Below, piece by piece: positions 25,943 to 33,625 of a DNA stretch of 33,625 nt. The notes beneath the pieces were generated by a model. The model did no database searches. It was given only the letters and a program-made list of their open reading frames with translations, and was not told the DNA's origin. Each line of letters starts with the position of its first letter. The first letter of the stretch is position 1. Source of the stretch: Acidimicrobiia bacterium (GTDB lineage Bacteria; Actinomycetota; Acidimicrobiia; Spongiisociales; Spongiisociaceae); NCBI GenBank assembly GCA_041576165.1, contig JBFGLM010000047.1, forward strand, positions 1-33,625. Reading direction: 5' to 3'. A program made the translations under genes and the position numbers.

Positions 25943-27223
25943 TCAGCGCTCCAGGATCACGGTGGCGCCGAGCCCGCCGGCGGCGCACTGCGTGATGAGC
26001 GCGGTGCCGCTGTCGCGCCGGACCAGCTCGCTGGCCATCGTCAGGAGCTGGCGGGCCCCGGTCGCCGCGAACGGATGTCCCAGGCTGATCGAGCCGCCAT
26101 AGAGATTGAGTTTGTCGTCGGGCACCTCGCCGATGGCCCGGTCCCGGTGCAGGTAGGTCTGTGCGAACTCGTCGGACGCAAACGCTTGGAGCACCGACAG
26201 CACCTGAGCAGCGAACGCCTCGTGGATGTCGATCACGTCGATGTCGCTCAGCTGCAACCCGGCGCGGTCGAGGGCGATCGGGGTCGACAGGGCCGGGCCC
26301 ATCAGCAGCTGCCAGTTGGGATCGAGTGCGGCGAACCCGTAGGACCGCAGGAATGCCTTGGGTACGTAGCCGAGGCGGTGGGCCGTGTCCTCGTCCATCA
26401 GCAAGAGCGCACTCGCTCCATCGGTCAGGGGCGAGCTGTTCCCGGCGGTGACTGTCCCGAATCTGCGGTCGAACACGGGCCGCAGCTTGGCCAGCTTCTC
26501 GAGACTCGTGTCGGCCCGCGGGATCGTGTCCCGTTCCACCGTGGTCCTGTACTTCGGCGGGAGTGGCAACGGCATGACTTCGGCGTCGTACACGCCCTTT
26601 TCCCACGCCTCTACCGCCTTTTGATGGGAGCGAAGCGCATAGCGATCCTGGGCTTCGCGGCTGATGCCATTCAACTTGGCCATCCGCTCGGCCCCGTCAC
26701 CCATCGTTTCACCGGTCGAGCGGTCGGCGATGGCGGGCGGATTGGGAGCGAGATCCTTGGGGCGCAGCTTGGTGAAAGCCTTGATCCGCGAGCCGACCTC
26801 CCGGGCGGCTTGCGCCTCCATCATGATCTCGACGAACCGGTCGCTGAACGTGATCGGCGGTTTGGACAGCGAGTCCGCCCCGCCGGTGATGATGATGTCG
26901 GCGTCGCCCAGCATTATCGCCTGGGCGCCGTCGACAAAGGTCTGAGTGCTGGTCGAGCACGCTTTGGTCACCGAATAGGCGTCGGTGTCGTCTGGTAGCG
27001 GGCTGGCCAGGACGATCTCCCGCGCGATGTTGGGGCTGGCGATGTCCTGCACCACGCTGCCGTAGACGACCCGGTCGATCAGCCGGCCGTCGATACCGGA
27101 GCGGTTGACGAGTTCAGTGACAACCGCCGCACCCAGATCCAGCGTGGTCAGGTCTTTGAGGACGGTGCCGGACTTGGCAAAGGGGGTGCGAAGTCCGTCG
27201 ACGATCGCGACTCGGCGAGCCAT
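25943..27223 (-). CDS. fadI: 3-ketoacyl-CoA thiolase (FadI type)
   Basis: GLRTPFAK, ACSTS catalytic Cys, HEAFAAQ, GHPFAATG, CAAGGLG; AAGGAG RBS. Confidence 0.93.
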   Translation of the reverse strand: MARRVAIVDGLRTPFAKSGTVLKDLTTLDLGAAVVTELVNRSGIDGRLIDRVVYGSVVQDIASPNIAREIVLASPLPDDTDAYSVTKACSTSTQTFVDGAQAIMLGDADIIITGGADSLSKPPITFSDRFVEIMMEAQAAREVGSRIKAFTKLRPKDLAPNPPAIADRSTGETMGDGAERMAKLNGISREAQDRYALRSHQKAVEAWEKGVYDAEVMPLPLPPKYRTTVERDTIPRADTSLEKLAKLRPVFDRRFGTVTAGNSSPLTDGASALLLMDEDTAHRLGYVPKAFLRSYGFAALDPNWQLLMGPALSTPIALDRAGLQLSDIDVIDIHEAFAAQVLSVLQAFASDEFAQTYLHRDRAIGEVPDDKLNLYGGSISLGHPFAATGARQLLTMASELVRRDSGTALITQCAAGGLGATVILER

Positions 27224-27405
27224 GTTTGCTCCTTGATTTTTGAGCGTTCTTTCTAATTCTGGCAGGTCCCGAGCCTACGCAAGCTACGACATAGTCGCCG
27301 GGTGGCGGTTTGTCAGAACTTGCGGGCGCCGAAGCCCGATCGCCGCTAGGTCTAGCAGCCAACCCGCCCCGTAGGCTCCCGATCTGGTCGGGCGATTCGA
27401 ACCCG

Positions 27406-28518
27406 CTAGCCCGGGAATTCCTCTAAATCGATTGGGAGATCCAGCCGGGTGCGGCGGGCCGCAGCCAGGTCCATGGACATGGTCAGGATCAGGTTGCGGT
27501 GTGCCTCTCCGGCAGTGGCATGGGGCGTCTCGAGACCCATATGGATCCGTCCGAACCAGGACATGGTTTCTTCCCGCATCGGTCCCCACAGAGCGCCGTC
27601 GGTCACGTCGCCCGGTGGGTAGCTGGTCATGAAATCGACGAACCGCGGGTTGTCGGGGACGTACCCCTCGGGGTTGTAGCCGTGACCGACCGGACGTTCC
27701 GAAGCCACCACCAGATCTCGGTGGGTATCGTCGATGTCGATCACCCCTTCGGTGCCGACGATCCCGATCTCGATGCCATACACCGCCCCCGGCCACACCT
27801 CGGGCAGGCCCCAGGAGATGTTCATCGACCAGATCGTCCCGTCATCCATCGTGATGACCCCGAAAGTCGAGTCGGGAATCCCATGCGCGCCGAGAATCCG
27901 ATCGGACGACTCGGCATACACCGTCACCGGGGTCTTGCCGCCCATCAGCCACATGCAGAGGTCGAGAGAGTGGGTGCCGGATATCACCATCGGGGTGACG
28001 TTGGTGCGGACCGGATTCTTGGAGATAGTGGCCAGCGGAGCCATCCGGTTCATGAAGGCGCGAGTCACGACCGCGGTCACGTCGCCGATCTGACCGGCAT
28101 CGATCTTTCCTTTGACTGCCTGGAACCGGCGCCGGAACCGCTGGGTGTAGCCAACTACCGCGTCCACCCGAGATTCGTTGATGGCATCCAGTACCCGCTG
28201 CGAGTCGACCGCGTTGGTCGCCAGCGGCTTCTCGATGAACAGGTCATGGCCCGCTGCGACTGCCGCCAGGATCGGTTCGACGTGCTTGTTCTCATCGGTG
28301 GCCACGATCACCGCGCTCACCTCAGGCCGGGCGATCAAATCCCGGAAGTCGTCTGTGACGTAGTCGGCCTGGGTGTCCTCGCCCAATTTCAGGGCTGTAT
28401 CGTGTTTGATGTCGCACAGCCCGAGCCACCCCACTCCCGGGTACTCCCGCGCCAGCTCGGCCCGGATTCTTCCCACAGTGCCCGACCCCACGATGGCAAG
28501 ACCGACCGGCTCCCTCAT
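27406..28518 (-). CDS. Gfo/Idh/MocA family oxidoreductase
   Basis: IVGSGTVG, FIEKPLA, GYTQRF; start ATG 28518 with GGAGG RBS. Confidence 0.92.
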   Translation of the reverse strand: MREPVGLAIVGSGTVGRIRAELAREYPGVGWLGLCDIKHDTALKLGEDTQADYVTDDFRDLIARPEVSAVIVATDENKHVEPILAAVAAGHDLFIEKPLATNAVDSQRVLDAINESRVDAVVGYTQRFRRRFQAVKGKIDAGQIGDVTAVVTRAFMNRMAPLATISKNPVRTNVTPMVISGTHSLDLCMWLMGGKTPVTVYAESSDRILGAHGIPDSTFGVITMDDGTIWSMNISWGLPEVWPGAVYGIEIGIVGTEGVIDIDDTHRDLVVASERPVGHGYNPEGYVPDNPRFVDFMTSYPPGDVTDGALWGPMREETMSWFGRIHMGLETPHATAGEAHRNLILTMSMDLAAARRTRLDLPIDLEEFPG

Positions 28519-28592
28519 GTTGATTGCCTCCTGTAGCCCGGCGCCACCGTACCGGGCGGGAACGCTCCGGGCTGCAATAGCGTCAAACAACC

Positions 28593-29219
28593 ATGCACTG
28601 GAAGCTGGCCCTCCTAGGTTTGATAATGGTCGCGGCGTGTTCCGCGCTGCCGGACTCGTCCCCGAGCGCTACCAGCTCAACCACGGAGCCGGCGACCGCC
28701 GAGCCGGTTCCTCAACCGGGGGATCTCGATGTGAGCGAGGGCCCGGTGGTAGGCCATGGCAGCGCCCTGCCGTCGGTTTCGCCCGACGACTACACGATCG
28801 TCACGGGTGCCGACGGCGTACACCGGGTCGATTTCTCGGGAAGTCACCAGGTCGAGCTGCCGGCCGGCGTCTGTCTGCGGACTGCCGACGACTGGAACGA
28901 GGTCGAGCGACGAATCGGCGATCTCCTGGGTGGGCTGTTCGACTCTTACGGCGGACGGATCTCCGGCTGGCCCACAACGACGATCGCAGCTCCCGACCAG
29001 CCGGGTCTGGAGGTGGTCGATCCCGAGGTCCTGGTCATGATGTCGTTGGCTCTGCGCACCGAGGTCGCAGGCGATGTTCTGGCCGCGATCGAGCGGTGGG
29101 AAGAGCCCTACGGTGGTCAGGACTGGCCGCCGCCTCGGTTGTTGTCCGACGCCGCCCGCGGCTGGGGGGAGGCGGCGATGCCGCTGGTAACTGACATCTT
29201 GGCTCTCTGCGGCGGCTGA
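28593..29219 (+). CDS. Putative lipoprotein
   Basis: MHWKLALLGLIMVAAC lipobox followed by an S/T/P-rich linker. Confidence 0.75.
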   Translation: MHWKLALLGLIMVAACSALPDSSPSATSSTTEPATAEPVPQPGDLDVSEGPVVGHGSALPSVSPDDYTIVTGADGVHRVDFSGSHQVELPAGVCLRTADDWNEVERRIGDLLGGLFDSYGGRISGWPTTTIAAPDQPGLEVVDPEVLVMMSLALRTEVAGDVLAAIERWEEPYGGQDWPPPRLLSDAARGWGEAAMPLVTDILALCGG

Positions 29220-29246
29220 ATCCGCGCCACTGGCTACGGTGACGGT

Positions 29247-30242
29247 ATGACGGTCATAGATGTTCATGCCCACGCGGCCATCGGCTCCCACCTGGACGCA
29301 GTCCGGCGGATCGACCCATCGGCTCCCGTCCTCGTCCGCCGCGACGGCCGCTATTTCTTCGATTACCCCGACGGCCAGGTATTCGGGCCAATGCCGCCGG
29401 AGCTGGTCGAACCCGAACCACGCTGGGACGACATGAAACGAACCGGCGTCGATCATCAGGTGATCGCGCTGCGGCCCAAGGTATTCAGCCCCTCCACCCC
29501 GTCTCCGATTGCCGGTGATGTTGCGGGGCTGCAAAACGATGCCTTGCTCGAGTTCTGCCGGGCGAGCGACGGCCGGTCTTCGATGATGGCGGCTTTGCCG
29601 ATCCAGAACCCCGAAGCGGCGGTGGCCGAGGTGCAGCGTCTGGTCCCCCATCGGGAGGTGCGCGGCGTCAATCTGGAAGCAACCATCGGCACCAAGAACC
29701 TCGACGATCCGTCCTTCGAACCGGTGTGGGCCGCCCTGGAAACGGCTGGTCTGCCCGTCCTGGTGCATCCTTTCCAGGAGGACGAAACCCGGCTCCCGCG
29801 CCTCGATCGGTACTCATTGCACAACCTGATCGGCAACTTGGTCGACACCACGATCGCCATTGCCAGCATCATCTTCGGCGGGATCGTCGAGCGGTACCCG
29901 GACCTCCGTTGGTGTTTCGTGCATGCGGGCGGCGGCTCGGTGGCATATGTGCATCGCTGGGATCACGCCTGGCGCAACATGGGCCATCTGCGGGAGGCGA
30001 TCGACCAGCCGCCATCCGAGTACTACCGGCGCCTGTGGTTCGACACGTTGAGTCACAGCCCCGGTGGGTTGCGGTTCCTGGCAGACCTGGTCGGCTGGGA
30101 CCGGATCGTGGTCGGTACCGACTACCCCTGGAACATGGGTGACACGGACCCGGTGGCGACCGTTCACGCACTGGAACTTGCCGAAGCCACCGAACGCCGG
30201 GTGTTGGGTGAGAACGCCGGGGACTTTCTGCGCCCCCTCTAG
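29247..30242 (+). CDS. Amidohydrolase_2 family protein (ACMSD-like decarboxylase/hydratase)
   Basis: IDVHAH, VLVHP, VHAGG, VVGTDYPW; leaderless TACGGT-6-ATG. Confidence 0.92.
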   Translation: MTVIDVHAHAAIGSHLDAVRRIDPSAPVLVRRDGRYFFDYPDGQVFGPMPPELVEPEPRWDDMKRTGVDHQVIALRPKVFSPSTPSPIAGDVAGLQNDALLEFCRASDGRSSMMAALPIQNPEAAVAEVQRLVPHREVRGVNLEATIGTKNLDDPSFEPVWAALETAGLPVLVHPFQEDETRLPRLDRYSLHNLIGNLVDTTIAIASIIFGGIVERYPDLRWCFVHAGGGSVAYVHRWDHAWRNMGHLREAIDQPPSEYYRRLWFDTLSHSPGGLRFLADLVGWDRIVVGTDYPWNMGDTDPVATVHALELAEATERRVLGENAGDFLRPL

Positions 30243-30289
30243 CCGCCGCCCGGCATGTCTGGGAACCGGGCGAGGGTGAAGATGACATC

Positions 30290-30451
30290 GGCGGGCGGGC
30301 CAAGCTGGTGCGCCCAACCGCCGCCGGGCGGAAATCCATTTTACTGGCCCTGCGAAAATTCGAGTCACTGGAGGCCCGCCTAGCCGGGCAGATCGGCGCC
30401 CGCCGGACTGCAGCACTCAGGCAGGCACTGCAAGCTGACTGGGGCGATTGA
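30290..30451 (+). pseudogene. MarR family C-terminal remnant
   Basis: GGRAKLVRPTAAGRKS...FESLEARLAGQIGARRTAALRQALQADWGD*; no HTH and no start codon. Confidence 0.6.
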
Positions 30452-30524
30452 CGGACGACAGGCCAGGCGTACTTGCCTGATCTACGATCACGGACCACAA
30501 GCACCCGGAACCTGAAGGATTCTC

Positions 30525-32210
30525 ATGCTTGCGGTAGTCGAGTCCGTGGTCGTCGAGAGCAGCGGCAGCATCGATCTGTTTCTGCTACTCGTCGGCTTGT
30601 TCGGAGGGCTCGCCCTGTTCCTGCTGGGCATGGAACGAATGACCGAATCGCTCCGGCTGATCGCCGGAGACCGCATGCGAGTCGTCCTTTCCCGCCTGAC
30701 CGGTCGCCGGGTGGCCGGCTTGTTGACGGGAGCCGGCATCACCGCCCTCATCCAATCGTCCTCGGTCACCACCGTGCTCGTGGTTGGATTCATAAGTTCG
30801 GGACTGATGACGCTGCAGCAGTCGGTCGGTGTGATCATCGGCGCCAACATCGGCACGACGATCACCGCCCAAATCATCGCTTTCAATGTCTCCACCCTGG
30901 CGTTGTTGGCGATAGCCGTCGGTTTCGGCATCACCTTCTTTGCCAAAAGGGAGGTCCGGCGAACCGAGGGCACGGTCTTGATGGGCCTCGGCCTGGTGTT
31001 CTTCGGAATGACCGTGATGGGCGCGGCGATGTCGCCGCTGCGTTCGTCGGAGACGTTTATCGAGGTCATGGCGCGACTCGAGAACCCGCTTCTGGGTATT
31101 GCGGTTGCGGCGCTGTTCACTGCTCTTATCCAGTCGTCTTCGGCGACGACCGGCATCGTGATCGTGCTGGCCCAACAGGGTTTGATCGGACTCGACACCG
31201 GGGTCGCTCTCGTCCTGGGTGCCAACGTCGGAACGGCCATCACCGCGGTGCTGGCCGCGTTGGGAAAGCCGCGCGACGCGATGCGGGCTGCCGCGGCCCA
31301 CAGCGTCTTCAACGTCGGTGGCGTCCTGTTGTGGCTGCCTTTCCTGGGATTGCTGGCCGACGCTGTAGCGGATGTTGGCGGTGGGCTCGCGCGTCAGATC
31401 GCCAACGCGCACACCGTATTCAATGTTGCGAACGGCGTGCTGTTCATCGGATTCACACCCCAGCTGGCCGCGCTCGTACGGCGGCTGGTGCCGGCCCGCC
31501 CTGAAGAGGAAGAGGAGCTGGTCCGCGTCAAGTATCTCGATGAAGCATTGCTACGGACGCCGATCTTGGCACTTGACCGGGCCCGGCTCGAGATGCTGAG
31601 GATGGCCGATCGAGTACGAACGATGCTGGTCGAGGTGTTGCCCGCCCTGCTGCGTGGCACACGGTGGGAACTACTCGATATCGCGGAGCGCGACGAAGAG
31701 GTCGACAGTCTCCACGGTCAGGTCATCGCCTATCTCGGACAGATCGGCAGGAACCGCCTCAGCGATGCCGCGGCCGACGAGTTGTTCAGCTTGATGGAGG
31801 CGACCAACGACCTCGAGTCAATGGGCGATGTGATCGAGACGAATCTGGTGGCCCTGGGGCTCTCTCGCGTCGAGAACAACCTCAGGGTGAGTCCGGAGAC
31901 CGCCGCAGTGCTGACGGAGCTTCATCAGGCTGTGATCGAGGCGTTCGAGCTGTCGATTGTGGCATTGACCGAAAAGAGCCCGGAGCCGGCCCGGCGGGTA
32001 GGCAAGATGAAAAAGCACATCAACAGCCTGGAACGGGTTGCGAGCATTCACGAGGCCCGGCGGCTCGTGGCAGATGAACCGGATCGGGTGGCAACCTATC
32101 AGCTGGAAGTGGATGTGATCGCCAACCTGAAACGGATCTACTACTACACCAAGCGGATCGCGCGCATGGCCGTGCCCACCGGTGAGTTCGTAGAGCTGGG
32201 CGACGCCTGA
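30525..32210 (+). CDS. Na/Pi cotransporter family protein with PhoU-like C-terminus
   Basis: GGLALFLLGM, two QSSS and GAN(I/V)GT repeats, ANAHTVFN, helical C-terminal domain. Confidence 0.95.
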   Translation: MLAVVESVVVESSGSIDLFLLLVGLFGGLALFLLGMERMTESLRLIAGDRMRVVLSRLTGRRVAGLLTGAGITALIQSSSVTTVLVVGFISSGLMTLQQSVGVIIGANIGTTITAQIIAFNVSTLALLAIAVGFGITFFAKREVRRTEGTVLMGLGLVFFGMTVMGAAMSPLRSSETFIEVMARLENPLLGIAVAALFTALIQSSSATTGIVIVLAQQGLIGLDTGVALVLGANVGTAITAVLAALGKPRDAMRAAAAHSVFNVGGVLLWLPFLGLLADAVADVGGGLARQIANAHTVFNVANGVLFIGFTPQLAALVRRLVPARPEEEEELVRVKYLDEALLRTPILALDRARLEMLRMADRVRTMLVEVLPALLRGTRWELLDIAERDEEVDSLHGQVIAYLGQIGRNRLSDAAADELFSLMEATNDLESMGDVIETNLVALGLSRVENNLRVSPETAAVLTELHQAVIEAFELSIVALTEKSPEPARRVGKMKKHINSLERVASIHEARRLVADEPDRVATYQLEVDVIANLKRIYYYTKRIARMAVPTGEFVELGDA

Positions 32211-32243
32211 TCGCCTCCGTCGGGATGGCGGGTCCGGTAGTTG

Positions 32244-33056
32244 TTATCTCGGTCCTGAGCCGATCTTGCGACGCAGCTCCTCAATCGGTTCGCCCGGCGC
32301 GGGCCCGGCCACGAACCATGTTGCTCCGGCATCTGCATAGGCAGCGCCAAGTGAGCATCCAGCCTCAAAGGAACCGCCGATCGCGATGTCGAAGTCGTCA
32401 GCTGTTCGGCCGTGGTGGTCGACTCGCTGGACGAGGTCGGCGACTTCGGCTGGTGTCCATTCCGACATGTCCATCCTGACGGGGAAGAATCCCTCGAAGC
32501 CCGAGGCTCTTCGGAGTGGCGCTCGGTTGGGCCAAGCGCCGCCAACCCAGATTGGAATGCGTGGCTGCTGGAGCGGAGCTGGGGCGAAGGTGGTCTCGGC
32601 GACTGTGTAATGCGCGCCTGCGAAGCCAAAGGGCGCGCCACTCCACATGCCGAGCATGACCGCCAGGCCCTCGTCAAGCATGTCCGCCCGCCGGCGGGCA
32701 TCGGTCGGTTCTCCAAACGTGGCGAACTCCGGTTCCGGCGGCGACCCGATCCCTACGCCCAGCACGAGCCTGCCTCCGCTGAGATGATCGATCGTAGTGG
32801 ACTGGCGGGCCACCACCCAGGGACGCCGGCGGGGGAGCGGGGTGACCATCGGACCGATCAGAACTCGATCTGTGGCGGTGGCAACCGCCGCGAGTTGCGC
32901 CCAAGGATCGCCCACCGGTAGGCGATCCTCAACGACTATGTGATCCCAAACAAAGAACGCGTCCCAGCCTGACGTCTCGGTGAGCCGGGCGAGGTCCACC
33001 ATCAATCCGGGATCGGCGAACTCCCCAAAATTGGGAAACGAAACCGCCCACCGCAT
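32244..33056 (-). CDS. LLM class flavin-dependent oxidoreductase
   Basis: GWDAFFVWDH, DPW..LAAVA..T, DHLSGGRLVLGVGIG, PIWVGG; leaderless TAGGTT-6-ATG. Confidence 0.93.
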   Translation of the reverse strand: MRWAVSFPNFGEFADPGLMVDLARLTETSGWDAFFVWDHIVVEDRLPVGDPWAQLAAVATATDRVLIGPMVTPLPRRRPWVVARQSTTIDHLSGGRLVLGVGIGSPPEPEFATFGEPTDARRRADMLDEGLAVMLGMWSGAPFGFAGAHYTVAETTFAPAPLQQPRIPIWVGGAWPNRAPLRRASGFEGFFPVRMDMSEWTPAEVADLVQRVDHHGRTADDFDIAIGGSFEAGCSLGAAYADAGATWFVAGPAPGEPIEELRRKIGSGPR

Positions 33057-33158
33057 GCTCCGAACCTAATGCGGGGGCTCGAGCTTTGCAGAGAGTCAGC
33101 CACGGAATCCGGGTTTCTGATCGTTGGGGGGCGTAGTACCGTTACCCACTCACCACAT

Positions 33159-33232
<74 letters not shown>

Positions 33233-33293
33233 CTGCTGAGGCCATAGGCCACAAGGGGTTTTGGCGTTCTGCGCCAAGGGACCTTCTGACGTT

Positions 33294-33317
33294 TGGGAGC
33301 CATTCTGAGAGCCATTC
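33294..33317. repeat. Tandem 12-bp direct repeat, candidate integrase arm-type sites
   Basis: TGGGAGCCATTC TGAGAGCCATTC (11/12 identical), about 60 nt after the tRNA-Arg 3' end. Confidence 0.55.
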
Positions 33318-33452
33318 GCTCCTCCAGACGCCGCACATCGCGTCTAGCGACACCGGGTTCGACCCGCTCAGGAGGTGCCGTTCTCGTGCGCTTGGCGAAC
33401 TGGGCGATATGGCTCGGTATTTGGTGATCTGTGCGATCGATATCGCGCAGGC

Positions 33453-33623
33453 CTATAGCCAGCGCCTGACCCGTGATCGGTAGTCAACGTACACCTCGCC
33501 GAACCAGGACTTCAGATAGGACTCTTCGCGACGCACCTGCCGGTCAGCGAGAAGGAACTCGGCCGCGGTGAACCCCAGCAGCCAAACCGAGTTGAAGGCG
33601 ACGGCGGCACCCAGGAAGACAAC
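33453..33623 (-). CDS. Isoprenylcysteine carboxyl methyltransferase / PEMT family protein, C-terminal part (cut by the window)
   Basis: VRREESYLKSWFGEVYVDYRSRVRRWL* matches EE..L...FG..Y..Y...V.RW. Confidence 0.85.
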   Translation of the reverse strand, partial: VVFLGAAVAFNSVWLLGFTAAEFLLADRQVRREESYLKSWFGEVYVDYRSRVRRWL

Positions 33624-33625
33624 CA

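Noticed and set aside
27388-27405. tRNA T-arm-like GCGGGTTCGAATC on the minus strand (similar at 2001-2012)
   Set aside because: No acceptor or anticodon arms; too short to call an att site.

Overview
A high-GC window, most likely from an actinobacterium (Acidimicrobiia-like; taxonomy inferred from gene content and frequent leaderless starts). It holds about 35 CDS and three tRNAs: Ser-TGA, Ser-GCT and Arg-ACG. Recognisable genes include satP, a GH1 beta-glucosidase, hpt, a Tag-like glycosylase, a RibD_C reductase, a two-subunit isobutyryl-CoA-type mutase, fadIJ, a Na/Pi symporter and an LLM oxidoreductase. The most unusual features are: (1) a translationally coupled four-gene operon (9307->6524) with a small alpha/beta protein, two paralogous DUF2589-like helix + long beta-hairpin proteins, and a coiled-coil/4xPASTA/HhH protein with no export signal; (2) a convergent family A DNA polymerase lacking the 5' nuclease, with two ~77-aa insertions after motif B; (3) a three-small-ORF operon (two ORFs absent from the ORF track) divergent from a CGNR/ABATE regulator, with repeated 30-bp GTAA-N22-TTAC boxes; (4) a ~46-bp dispersed REP/MITE-like repeat built on paired CCTNAGG palindromes; (5) many decayed gene fragments (clpP, ltrA, MarR, SRPBCC and others); (6) tandem arm-type repeats after tRNA-Arg, suggesting an integration boundary. 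All family assignments come from motif recognition only; no searches were run.
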